Positions 8,587 through 17,751 are shown, counted from the stretch's first letter. The stretch: DNA of 42,202 nt from Euryarchaeota archaeon UBA173 (GCA_002498925.1 DAJH01000015.1:457-42658); one strand, 5' to 3'. Notes: generated from the sequence alone by a model not told the origin. Program-made: numbers and translations.

Positions 8587-9291
8587 CGAGCCGTCGAGCA
8601 TGGCACCGTGCTCCACCCTCAACGGCGTATCTCCGACGGAGAAGATTTCCGCTGCTCCCCCGACTAGCGTGGCCAGGGCCCCATCCCACCTTAGGAAAGA
8701 TCCCTCGAATAGCCCAATTACTGGTACCTGATTGTGCTGGTGGAACTCGGCAATCCTCCTCGCACGCGTCTCTCCGAAGTGGTGGATGATCTCGTCGCCC
8801 TCCTTCCACAGAATACTACCGGGGTGGTAATGTGGATTGATCTGGAAAGGTACGATGCCAAAGCCATGGAAGGAACTAGGCAATACCACTGGCATATCAT
8901 TGGTGGTCATCATCGTCGGGCATGCCACGTTTGACCCAGCACTAATTCCGACATAGGGGGTGCCATGCAAAACCTTGTCCCTTATGGCTTCAACTAGCCC
9001 CTTCTCGTGGAGATCCCTCACTAGGAGGAAGGAATTACCTCCTCCGACATAGATTCCCTCAGCCTCCTTTATCGCATCTAACTCGTCTTCAGCATCATGG
9101 ATTCCAACTAAGTCGAATGGCGCGCCTGAGGTGAACCTCTTGGCTCCTTCCAAGTAGGAATCATGATCATTGGATGCGTATGGGATGAAAAGGACCTTGG
9201 AAACACCCTCAAAAGTTCTGCTCATCTCATCCATGCAAAGCTTCCTTCGCTCTTCCGTACCTATCCCTCCACTTCCAAGTAGAACTTTCAT
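8572..9291 (-). CDS. pepE: Dipeptidase E (peptidase S51)
   Basis: FIPYA, VGGGNSF, GISAGSNV nucleophile, FQINPHY, GETR..RIAEF. Start ATG 9291 follows a GGTGAT SD. Confidence 0.92.
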   Translation of the reverse strand: MKVLLGSGGIGTEERRKLCMDEMSRTFEGVSKVLFIPYASNDHDSYLEGAKRFTSGAPFDLVGIHDAEDELDAIKEAEGIYVGGGNSFLLVRDLHEKGLVEAIRDKVLHGTPYVGISAGSNVACPTMMTTNDMPVVLPSSFHGFGIVPFQINPHYHPGSILWKEGDEIIHHFGETRARRIAEFHQHNQVPVIGLFEGSFLRWDGALATLVGGAAEIFSVGDTPLRVEHGAMLDGSLTPR

Positions 9292-9303
9292 GCCATCACC
9301 CAA

Positions 9304-10068
9304 TCATGCATAGAAATCTCTGTGGGAGTCACTCTCATCAACCCCCATGGCCTCTTCCAATGTCCCCCCCACTTCGTAGGTTTCGAGCAGCTTCCTCGCT
9401 ATCTCCTCAGTCGAGTCTAGATCCAAGTCAAGCTTCAGATCGAAAGCTTCCTGTATCCAGGAAGCGAGCCTATTTGCCGCTAGTACATCCGCGCTGGCCC
9501 CGATTGTATCCGCCACTAGACCTATGGAGCGAACGCCGATGATGGGTGAGAGAGAAACCAAGAGCCCCGCGATTCCAATCATGCCAGACTCCGGCTGTTC
9601 ACGGCTAACCAGGATGTCATCGGCCTCTAAGGAAGAACGAACGGTTTCGTCCGCGCAAATCACATGAACACCCCTACTTTCAGCCTCTGTTGCGAGACCT
9701 GCAAGCACTAGGACCTGGTAAGTAGAACTCTCCTTGGCTAAATTAAGGATGGCCTCGGCTACCTCATGCTGCCCACCGGGTGTCATGGGCTGAAGCTCAC
9801 CGCTGATCGTTACAATGGTCTTGCCATCTGGGAGCATGACCGAGCTAATCTCGAGTCTTGGCGGCCTCAGGAGCCCCTTCTCATCCAGAGTCGAGTGCGG
9901 GGGGAGATCGTGATTCAGGATCCAACCAAGGGTCCTAGAGGGGTGTTTAGAAATCAATGAGTCAACAAGGACCTTTCCCACATTGCCCACTCCGGGGACC
10001 GCTTCCAGTATAGCAGAATGCTCGGGAAGGCCATCCCCGACAAGCCAGTGAATGGTGGTTCTGCTCAA
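9304..10068 (-). CDS. PAC2-family proteasome assembly chaperone (archaeal)
   Basis: EAVPGVGNVGK, GELQP, GMIGIAGLL. Conserved position downstream of nop10; TTG start at 10068 overlaps the nop10 TGA. Confidence 0.87.
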   Translation of the reverse strand: MSRTTIHWLVGDGLPEHSAILEAVPGVGNVGKVLVDSLISKHPSRTLGWILNHDLPPHSTLDEKGLLRPPRLEISSVMLPDGKTIVTISGELQPMTPGGQHEVAEAILNLAKESSTYQVLVLAGLATEAESRGVHVICADETVRSSLEADDILVSREQPESGMIGIAGLLVSLSPIIGVRSIGLVADTIGASADVLAANRLASWIQEAFDLKLDLDLDSTEEIARKLLETYEVGGTLEEAMGVDESDSHRDFYA

Positions 10069-10286
10069 CTCTCTTCCTCCGATTCTCCCTTTCCGGCAGA
10101 GGGCAATGATTCCACCCATTTCTCACTCCCCGCATCCTGCCTTTGCCTACGCCTAGCTCCCTGCGGGTCCTCAGGAGAATATTTGAGGGGGGAAGGAGGG
10201 GACATTGAAGACCCACATTCCTCGCATTTCGGCCCAAGTCCATAGGTTTCGCACTCCGCACAGTACTGCAATTTTGATCTAACCAT
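10065..10286 (-). CDS. nop10: H/ACA RNP protein Nop10
   Basis: CxxC..Y.L..CxxCG...P.KYSPED..G..RR; lies in the canonical aIF2a-nop10-PAC2 order. Confidence 0.92.
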   Translation of the reverse strand: MVRSKLQYCAECETYGLGPKCEECGSSMSPPSPLKYSPEDPQGARRRQRQDAGSEKWVESLPSAGKGESEEES

Positions 10287-10348
10287 GGTATTCCCAACTC
10301 GACCTGCCCCGCGGAAGGGTCAATGAACCATACGGATGTTATTCGCCT

Positions 10349-11140
10349 TCAAGCACGTTCTATGGACAGTGAGCCATCGACCGAAGACATCCTCTTTTCG
10401 ACAGCTCCCGTTGCTGCCTGCCAAACTGATTCGGCCGCTTGGTAGTCGGGAGCCCTAATGTCCACACGGTAATGCGGCGCCCCATCATAGTAGCAAGTAA
10501 GTGTGACCTCTTCCAGACCCTCGGCGCAAGCCTCGGCATCCATCAGAGCGTCCCTGATTGCATAGACTCCCTCTTCTCCCCAGACTTGGATGTCTAATGT
10601 CCCTCTGATCTCTACAAATGGGGGCACGATGTTTTCTATGGCAAGTCCGGTTACAACTCCAATCCAATCTCCCTCGAATCCAGAATCAGAGAGTGCGTTC
10701 TCGTTTATTGCGCACTCCTCTAATGCCCCGTATAGAGTGCCAAAGACCTCTATCATTTCACCCGAAATAGCAGATGTCTTATCTTCGTCCCAGCCAATTC
10801 TTTCCGAGGCCACTCTCATGATCTGATTTGCCCGCTCCTCGTTTTTCCAGGACTGTACAGTCTCCCTTCTGCGTTCTTCTGATACGCTTTTGAGTGAAAG
10901 CTCAACCCTCCTCCTGTCCTTCTTGACCTGAATTACCTTGGCTACGACTCTTTGCCCCTCTCTGACATGGGCCCTGATGTTCTTAACCCATCCAGCTGCA
11001 ATTTCACCCACGAACACGAAGCCCTCTTGGCCATCATACCCATCAAGAGTCAGGTATGCTCCATTTTGCTTAATGTCCTTGACAGTGCAAATTAGAAGAT
11101 CCCCTTCTTCGGGCCAATCACCCTCTACATCTACTGCCAG
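10349..11140 (-). CDS. eif2a: Translation initiation factor aIF2 alpha subunit (probable CTG start)
   Basis: In-frame upstream of the ORF call: AVDVEGDWPEEGDLLICTVKDIKQNGAYLTLDGYDGQEGFVFVGEIAAGWVKNIR (S1 domain). Also WKNEERA, GAPHYR, APDY. CTG 11140 gives 263 aa, with AGGGGG SD 7 nt upstream. Confidence 0.93.
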   Translation of the reverse strand: MAVDVEGDWPEEGDLLICTVKDIKQNGAYLTLDGYDGQEGFVFVGEIAAGWVKNIRAHVREGQRVVAKVIQVKKDRRRVELSLKSVSEERRRETVQSWKNEERANQIMRVASERIGWDEDKTSAISGEMIEVFGTLYGALEECAINENALSDSGFEGDWIGVVTGLAIENIVPPFVEIRGTLDIQVWGEEGVYAIRDALMDAEACAEGLEEVTLTCYYDGAPHYRVDIRAPDYQAAESVWQAATGAVEKRMSSVDGSLSIERA

Positions 11141-11153
11141 TTCAATGCCCCCT

Positions 11154-11324
11154 TCACTCGAGGACTTCCACTATGGTGCTGCCTGACAGGTCAGCCTTTC
11201 CTCCAAGGGGCCTGGCTAGAGTGGCACCACACACTGAGCAAGATATCGCTGTTGAGGCCCTCTCGAAAATTTTGGTCTCCGCACCGCAGTCACGGCAACT
11301 AACTTTCAAGAACCTTCCAGCCAT
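11154..11324 (-). CDS. rps27e: 30S ribosomal protein S27e (not in the ORF track, 56 aa)
   Basis: Manual translation: MAGRFLKVSCRDCGAETKIFERASTAISCSVCGATLARPLGGKADLSGSTIVEVLE*. Confidence 0.95.
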   Translation of the reverse strand: MAGRFLKVSCRDCGAETKIFERASTAISCSVCGATLARPLGGKADLSGSTIVEVLE

Positions 11325-11333
11325 AATTTCCCC

Positions 11334-11615
11334 TCACTTGTCCACCAGTTCGAACTTCCTAGATCTCTTCCCTCTGGGTGAATGGGCCTTTCCTGTTTCG
11401 GTGCACCTGTAGACTAGGTTCACCCTCTTGGTCGGCTTATCTCCAGAAGGCTTAGGTCGAGGGAAACCCCTGTATCCGGATGTGACCTTCCTGAATCTCC
11501 TCTGGCCCCACTTCAGCTCGCTAGCGCGCCTCTTCTTGACGCGTTCCACTGTGTGTTCCGTGTGCTTGCCAGCAGAGGGGCTGTATCGCATTACCTTCCT
11601 CGGCATCTTGACCAT
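11334..11615 (-). CDS. rpl44e: 50S ribosomal protein L44e (eL42)
   Basis: MVKMPRK..Y...GKHTEH.V, KWGQRRF, GDKPTKR, and conserved L44e-S27e-aIF2a synteny. GAGGTG SD precedes ATG 11615. Confidence 0.94.
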   Translation of the reverse strand: MVKMPRKVMRYSPSAGKHTEHTVERVKKRRASELKWGQRRFRKVTSGYRGFPRPKPSGDKPTKRVNLVYRCTETGKAHSPRGKRSRKFELVDK

Positions 11616-11759
11616 ATTTTGCACCTCTACGCAGTGTAGCGAGGCGGTCCACCGATGGCCCGTTTATGAAGTCTATCGAGCCTCATGTGTGTCTGCACAC
11701 CTGCCAATTAGTACCCTTTCAAGAAAAAACGACTTGAATCAGCCCGCCTTCGCAGCGCT

Positions 11760-12299
11760 ATGACTGAGTGGTGGCTGCAATGGTGGATCGGCCTTTTCAT
11801 GGTAGTTTGCGGTTTCTCAATGGGTAGGATGGGTCCGGCATTCTCCAGATCTAAAATCGGTTACCCCCTGGCGCTTTTCGGACTAGCTCTGGCCTTTTTC
11901 TCGCCAGAGGGCCTCGTAGATAATGAGATAATGGCCTCAAGCACACTCAATCGTACGTTGTATTGGGCAATTCCCGGCTTAGTTGGGTGCTATACATTAT
12001 CCAAAGGGGCGCCAATCTACAATGTGACCAAGCCCGCACTCCTGTTGGCCGGCTGGTCAATTGTGGCGATCTCTTGGTATGTCATGCTGAAGTATTCTGA
12101 ACCATTTACTCACGAAATCACTTCGACCCTAGTCACAATTTTCGGTCTGTTAATCGTCTTTGTAGTTCACATAATGGCAGTTAGATTTGTAGAGTCGCGT
12201 CCATTAAGCGATGAGACGGTAGAACCTCTTTCTGAAAGCGAGAAAACGTATGTCACTACCGTACTATCGAGGAACCTAAAGAATATGGAGGATCAGTAG
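11760..12299 (+). CDS. Hypothetical integral membrane protein (about 5 TM)
   Basis: 179-aa ORF with multiple hydrophobic segments; fills the gap and is coupled to the next ORF. Confidence 0.7.
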   Translation: MTEWWLQWWIGLFMVVCGFSMGRMGPAFSRSKIGYPLALFGLALAFFSPEGLVDNEIMASSTLNRTLYWAIPGLVGCYTLSKGAPIYNVTKPALLLAGWSIVAISWYVMLKYSEPFTHEITSTLVTIFGLLIVFVVHIMAVRFVESRPLSDETVEPLSESEKTYVTTVLSRNLKNMEDQ

Positions 12300-12602
12300 A
12301 TGGCTGAAATTATTCTGACCCTTTCAGGGGCCTTGGTACTCGGATCATTACTGGTTCTAATCAACATATTTTCCGCTACTCACCCCTATCACAAACCACT
12401 CCCTCTGGTCATCTCATCACTGCTGGTAATGAGCGTTGGATTGTATATTTCTATGGCGACGGGTCCAGAGGGCGCGACAGTACTCGATTCTATGAGGCAA
12501 TCAACTTCTCTGGCGATCACGGGTTTGATCGCGTCCTCTCCAGTACTCTTTGCAATACTTACGTTGTTAATGGTCCGAATTTCATTTGGGAGAAACCACT
12601 AA
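12300..12602 (+). CDS. Hypothetical membrane protein (about 3 TM)
   Basis: 100 aa, hydrophobic. Starts immediately after the previous stop, with GGAGG upstream. Confidence 0.68.
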   Translation: MAEIILTLSGALVLGSLLVLINIFSATHPYHKPLPLVISSLLVMSVGLYISMATGPEGATVLDSMRQSTSLAITGLIASSPVLFAILTLLMVRISFGRNH

Positions 12603-12708
12603 TTCGGTCAGCGAATCTCCCTTTCCCGTCTACAGCAATGAGGGGTCCCTTGGGGGAACGCTGATAACACCCCGGTCGGTCGCCGCGCTGTCTTAAGGGG
12701 TGATTAGG

Positions 12709-12891
12709 TTGTCCAAGGGTACTCCAAGCATGGGTAAGAGGCAAAAGTCCACCCACATTAGATGCAGGAGATGCGGCAAGCACTCTTTCCACAAGACAAA
12801 GTCGGTTTGCTCAAGTTGTGGGTACGGCCAGACTTCCAAGATGAGGAAGTACAGGTGGAGCAAGCGTAACAGGACCATGGGGAGCAAGTGA
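12709..12891 (+). CDS. rpl37e: 50S ribosomal protein L37e
   Basis: (M)[22 protein letters not shown]....CSSCGYG...RKYRW. TTG start after GGGGTGAT. Confidence 0.96.
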   Translation: MSKGTPSMGKRQKSTHIRCRRCGKHSFHKTKSVCSSCGYGQTSKMRKYRWSKRNRTMGSK

Positions 12892-12945
12892 GCCACACCC
12901 CGGAAAGTGCTAAGTCCCTAGTCCCAGAGCGACATTCGGTAGACG

Positions 12946-14448
12946 ATGTGCGGGATCGTCGGAATTATTGGCCACCCCCAATCCCAAGTGGCCCCTTCCC
13001 TGTACGACGGACTTCTTGTTCTGCAGCACAGGGGGCAAGACGCAGCGGGAATAGTGACTAGTGACTCCAAAAATATATGCCACCGCAGGGCCAATGGATT
13101 GGTTCGTGATGTTTTCCGCCCAAAACACTCAGAGTCACTTCTTGGCTCGATGGGAATAGGTCACGTCAGATATCCAACCGCCGGGTCCAGCTCAGTATCC
13201 GAGGCACAGCCATTCTACACCAATACGCCATTTGGAGTCAGTCTTGCTCATAATGGTAATCTCAATAATACCCAAGATATCATCTCCAGCCTCCTAGAGT
13301 ATGATCATAGGAGGATCAATACAAGTTCGGATTCCGAAGCCTTGCTAAATCTATTCGCTGCAGAGATTCAGAGGTCGCTGAATGGAAACCCGGGAGGGAT
13401 AGAGTCATTGTCCGATGATGACATATTCAGAGCGGTTGAGAGGGTTCACCTTAGGGCCGAGGGTAGCTATAGCGTAGTCACGATGATCACGGGTTGGGGC
13501 ATTATCGCCTTCAGGGATCCGAATGGGATCAGACCTCTTTGCATAGGAAGCAATACTGTGGACGGATTTACTGAGAGGGTCGTGGCTTCAGAGAGTGTGG
13601 TTTGTAAGGCTCTGGGGTTCAACCATGACGGAGATGTCTCTCCCGGCGAAGCTGTGATAGTCAGGATGAATGGTGACCTGTCACGAAAGGTCTGCTCCGA
13701 TAAAGTAGACCATCACCCCTGCATTTTTGAGCATGTATATTTCGCTAGACCGGACTCCGTTATGGATGGCATTTCAGTCCACTCATCAAGGCTGAGGATG
13801 GGCGCTACTTTAGCGAGGAAAATATCTTCCGAACACCCCGATCATGGAATAGAAGCCGTTATTCCCGTACCGGATAGTGGAAGGATAGCCGCACTCGATT
13901 TGGCTAGGGAACTTGGAGTTCCATATAGGGAGGGCTTCGTAAAGAATAGGTACATTGGAAGAACCTTCATCATGCCAGGACAGACAATCAGAAAGGACTC
14001 TGTTAGGAAGAAACTCAATACAATCGAGGGAGAATTCCATGGGAAAACCGTACTTATAGTGGATGACAGTATTGTCAGAGGGAATACATCTCGAAGAATC
14101 GTCAACATGGCAAGGGAGGCCGGTGCGACAAGAGTTTTCTTCGCATCTTGCTCCCCTCCCATTGTTCACCCAAATGTGTATGGCATAGACATGCCAGCTA
14201 AATCGGAGTATGTCGCACACGGTCGATCAGTTGAAGAGATCGGCGAAGCCATAGGTGCGGATTGGCTAGTCTACCAAGACCTGCAAGACCTAGTCAAGGC
14301 ATGTCTAGGTGACGAATCAGAAGGGCCCGCCAATTTCGACTGCTCTTGCTTCGATGGGGTCTATGTCACAGGGGGAATCACAGAAGAGTACCTAGAAAGG
14401 ATAGAGCGCCTCAGGAATGACGATGTGAAAAACAAGGTACAGGTTTGA
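12946..14448 (+). CDS. purF: Amidophosphoribosyltransferase
   Basis: MCGIVG, LQHRGQDAAG, GHVRYPTAG, AHNGN, CIFEHVYFARPDS, VDDSIVRGNT, YGIDMP. Confidence 0.97.
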   Translation: MCGIVGIIGHPQSQVAPSLYDGLLVLQHRGQDAAGIVTSDSKNICHRRANGLVRDVFRPKHSESLLGSMGIGHVRYPTAGSSSVSEAQPFYTNTPFGVSLAHNGNLNNTQDIISSLLEYDHRRINTSSDSEALLNLFAAEIQRSLNGNPGGIESLSDDDIFRAVERVHLRAEGSYSVVTMITGWGIIAFRDPNGIRPLCIGSNTVDGFTERVVASESVVCKALGFNHDGDVSPGEAVIVRMNGDLSRKVCSDKVDHHPCIFEHVYFARPDSVMDGISVHSSRLRMGATLARKISSEHPDHGIEAVIPVPDSGRIAALDLARELGVPYREGFVKNRYIGRTFIMPGQTIRKDSVRKKLNTIEGEFHGKTVLIVDDSIVRGNTSRRIVNMAREAGATRVFFASCSPPIVHPNVYGIDMPAKSEYVAHGRSVEEIGEAIGADWLVYQDLQDLVKACLGDESEGPANFDCSCFDGVYVTGGITEEYLERIERLRNDDVKNKVQV

Positions 14449-14464
14449 GCAGACATTCGCCAAC

Positions 14465-15991
14465 ATGAAGGCATGTATCGCCTTCACAACAAATGTGCAG
14501 CCGACTATCGGGCCAGTCATATCGGTTCAAATCGATGAATATCCTAGTAGTTGGTGCACAATTAAAGACTCAATAATGTGCATCGGCTTCGAATCTGGGA
14601 GAATATCCTATCTCGACTCATCTGGAGAATTTCTGCAAGACATTTCCATAGAAGGGCCAGTAGTAGGTCTAGTTGCAACAGATGATGGACTCATCGCTGC
14701 TTCTGGCACGAAAGGCCTTTTTTCCATGGGTGGGATTGAGTGGGAACTAAAGTTTGACTCGGGCTGTGAATCAATTATTCCATCAAATAGCGGTGTTTTC
14801 GCTGTCGATGGTTCTGGGAATATCCTACATGTGTCGTCGGGGGGAGATGTCATGAATAGTAGGCACATTGGACCCGTAGACATAATCGAAGCTTCTGAAA
14901 ACGGACTATTGATTGGCCTAGGTTTAATCGACGGAAGACTCATGATTCTGGATGAGGACCTTCAGATCTTACACGAGTCACTCCCTGCGGATGATGACGT
15001 TGAAACTATTTCGTGCATCCAATTCAGGACTGATGAGATATTGATAGTTGGGAGAAACTCACTCGGAATGACAGTAGATGATCGCCCAGAAAATAGGTTG
15101 GAGTGCTGGAGCCATGTCAATGGTATGATAAATACCTCTGAGATGCCATCTAAGCCAACTTCTTTCTGTGCCACGGAGGATGGGGTGATGGTGGGATGCT
15201 TCAATGGGGAATTGGTCTATTTGACCATCGGGATAGAAGGCCATGAGATTATTTCTCAGATGGATTACAAGATTAGCGACATTACACGGTGGGGAAATAC
15301 GTTTCTCGTATCCTATTGGTTCGAGACGTCAAGAATTTCCTCAGATGGGGTCATATTATGGCAATTTGAGAACCATGGTATTGTGGAGGGAGTAATGCCC
15401 CTCGATAATGGATTAGTTGCAATTTTCGGCGACGATAAGAAGTCGAGAGGGCCATCACCAATCCAATTAATCGACCCCGAATCTCCTCCAATAGTCGAGG
15501 AGAACCTGGATTTCATAGAGTATGGCGTAAATCCCAGTGGTTCGGAATTCTCCGGTGGGCTGACAGAGGACGAACTAGATATCGTGTCTAGGAGGGGGGA
15601 TGACTCCAGTCATGGAGATGGGCTCATGGAGACTCTGAATGAGGAAATTGAAATCTCTCTCGATGACGATCCAGTGGAGGTGGACGCATTGTCTGAGTTG
15701 ATTGAGTCAGCTAAGTCACTAAACATCCCTCCCGTAGCAGATGCAGGTGATGACAGAACCATCAACTCGGATGGGGATGGGAAGGCGACAATTCTCTTGG
15801 ATGGCTCCAGGTCATACGATCCCGATGGCAATATCTCAGATTGGCTGTGGCTGGACAGGGATGGCAAGGAAATTGGAGATACCCCCCAATTGAGAGTAAG
15901 AATATCAAGGGGCGTCCACAACTTTTCATTGCTTGTAATTGATGATGGCGGAGCACAGTCAAGAGCCAGCATAACGATACAAGTTAGGTAA
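14465..15991 (+). CDS. Hypothetical protein: beta-propeller-like N-terminus, acidic linker, C-terminal PKD/Ig-like domain
   Basis: Repeated beta-rich blades (PQQ/WD-like), then NIPPVADAGDD...LDGSRSYDPDGNI..W.W...GVH.FSLLVIDDGGA (PKD-like). Confidence 0.72.
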   Translation: MKACIAFTTNVQPTIGPVISVQIDEYPSSWCTIKDSIMCIGFESGRISYLDSSGEFLQDISIEGPVVGLVATDDGLIAASGTKGLFSMGGIEWELKFDSGCESIIPSNSGVFAVDGSGNILHVSSGGDVMNSRHIGPVDIIEASENGLLIGLGLIDGRLMILDEDLQILHESLPADDDVETISCIQFRTDEILIVGRNSLGMTVDDRPENRLECWSHVNGMINTSEMPSKPTSFCATEDGVMVGCFNGELVYLTIGIEGHEIISQMDYKISDITRWGNTFLVSYWFETSRISSDGVILWQFENHGIVEGVMPLDNGLVAIFGDDKKSRGPSPIQLIDPESPPIVEENLDFIEYGVNPSGSEFSGGLTEDELDIVSRRGDDSSHGDGLMETLNEEIEISLDDDPVEVDALSELIESAKSLNIPPVADAGDDRTINSDGDGKATILLDGSRSYDPDGNISDWLWLDRDGKEIGDTPQLRVRISRGVHNFSLLVIDDGGAQSRASITIQVR

Positions 15992-16909
15992 CTACAATTT
16001 CGCGAACTCTTCTTTGAGAGGGGGAAGTGCATCCTCCCAAGTTGAGACTATCCCGTAGTCAGCCACACCAAATATGGGGGCGTCAGCATCCTTGTTGATT
16101 GCTACAATGTACTTGCTCGAACGCATCCCAGCCAAGTGCTGAATAGCACCACTGATCCCCACTGCTATGTACAGGCTCGGATTCACGGTCTTCCCCGTTT
16201 GCCCAACTTGCATGCCATGTGGAATTTCGTCCCATGTATCTACTGCGGCCCTACTAGCCCCAACTGCAGCGCCGACGATATCGGCTATTTCGTACAGATG
16301 GGAGAAGTTGGATGGGTCTCCCATGCCCCTACCTCCAGAGATGATGATGTCAGCTTCGGCCACATCAAGCCTCTCGCTAGCCTTGGCAAGAGCTTCCTTC
16401 ACGGCTACGCCAATGTTGGAGGAATTGTTCACCGTGGAAATACCAGCATTGCCATCGGAACCAGGTGACTCAAATGCATTCTGTCTGACTGTAATCGCAC
16501 AGGGCGGAGAAACAACGGAGGTCTCTATCGCCTTCCCCGAGTAGATCGGTCTAGTGACTCTTATCCCATTTTCAAGACCCGTGGCATCTTGAATTATTGG
16601 AATATTTCTAATTGCTGCAATCTGGGCAAGAACTTCTCTTCCGTGTGCAGATGAGGATGTCATAACAACTCCTTCGCATAGCGGAGAAAGTGCATCGGCC
16701 CATGCGCCGCTGTCGAATGTTCCAAAGCATTCCCCCTCGGCTGAAATCACCTTCGTGACGCCACTAATGGTCGATGCTTCGGACGTACCTATTCCCCCTG
16801 GACAAATTACTGTGGGTGCTCCCCCCATCGAGCAGGCAGCACCGACTAGTTGTGCAGTTACAGGGTGAAGGGCATCTCCAGTAGTTTCAGCGATTATCGT
16901 TACTTCCAT
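15992..16909 (-). CDS. etfA: Electron transfer flavoprotein alpha subunit
   Basis: RPIYSG, IISGGRGMG, GASRAAVD, QVGQTGK, YIAVGISGAIQHLAGM, AINKD. Confidence 0.96.
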   Translation of the reverse strand: MEVTIIAETTGDALHPVTAQLVGAACSMGGAPTVICPGGIGTSEASTISGVTKVISAEGECFGTFDSGAWADALSPLCEGVVMTSSSAHGREVLAQIAAIRNIPIIQDATGLENGIRVTRPIYSGKAIETSVVSPPCAITVRQNAFESPGSDGNAGISTVNNSSNIGVAVKEALAKASERLDVAEADIIISGGRGMGDPSNFSHLYEIADIVGAAVGASRAAVDTWDEIPHGMQVGQTGKTVNPSLYIAVGISGAIQHLAGMRSSKYIVAINKDADAPIFGVADYGIVSTWEDALPPLKEEFAKL

Positions 16910-16918
16910 TTTACCACC

Positions 16919-17677
16919 TCATATGACATTGGCCTCATCCCTCAACTTGGAAACTACAGTTGGGACGGATTCTGCGCCCTCGAATTTCTGCCCAGGAGGT
17001 TTCTCAGCAGGTGCAGAGTGCGATTCTAAAGAGACCCTGGGGCTATCGATCGTTACACCAAGATCCTCAGGTGTCCACGTCTCGACAGCCTTCTTCTTTG
17101 CCATCATTATGCCTCTGACATTAGGACGCCTCATTTCAGTGGTGGCCTTATCGAAGGCGAATAGACATGGCTTGGAAACCGAAACCTTCTCGTTGCCTGA
17201 GGGACTTGTCCTCATTGCCACGAAACCATCCCCCTCGACGGAAACCTCGGAGACCATTCCGACGCATGTGAAATCGAGGATGCTAGCAACGCCTGGGCCC
17301 GTAGAGCCTGCGTTAGTGTCAGCTGCCTGCTTGCCGCAGAGGACAACTTCCGCTCCCGTCCTTCGCACAGCAGAAGCAAGGAGGCTCTGAATGTTCGAGC
17401 TGTCAATTCCAGAATCATCGGAAACGATGTGAACCAGTGAATCGGCTCCAACTGCAGCAGCGTCGGTAAGAATCTTGGATGCCCTGGCTGGGCCACATGT
17501 AATCGCAACAAGATCCCCTCCCCCGGACTCTTTCAGCTGGAGGGCGTACTCAAGAGCATATTCATCGTACGGGCTCATCGACCACTTGCCAACAGCTGCC
17601 TCATCTACCCTGCCCCCGGAGACAGTAATCCTTGCAGTGGTATCTGGAACTTGCTTTAGTAGAACTGCTATTGTCAT
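16919..17677 (-). CDS. etfB: Electron transfer flavoprotein beta subunit
   Basis: LKQVPDT, PYDEYALE, CGKQAAD, RRPNVRGIMMAKKK. Confidence 0.95.
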   Translation of the reverse strand: MTIAVLLKQVPDTTARITVSGGRVDEAAVGKWSMSPYDEYALEYALQLKESGGGDLVAITCGPARASKILTDAAAVGADSLVHIVSDDSGIDSSNIQSLLASAVRRTGAEVVLCGKQAADTNAGSTGPGVASILDFTCVGMVSEVSVEGDGFVAMRTSPSGNEKVSVSKPCLFAFDKATTEMRRPNVRGIMMAKKKAVETWTPEDLGVTIDSPRVSLESHSAPAEKPPGQKFEGAESVPTVVSKLRDEANVI

Positions 17678-17751
17678 GATATCCCTGCGAGCCTACGACT
17701 GGCGCCCCCTCTATCAAGATTCACCCGTGGGAATTAGTATGGCGCCACCGA

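Noticed and set aside
10349-11017. ORF-track start for aIF2-alpha at GTG 11017, or a pseudogene interpretation
   Set aside because: That start would delete half of the S1 domain. The upstream frame is intact and conserved, and the gene lies in its canonical operon.
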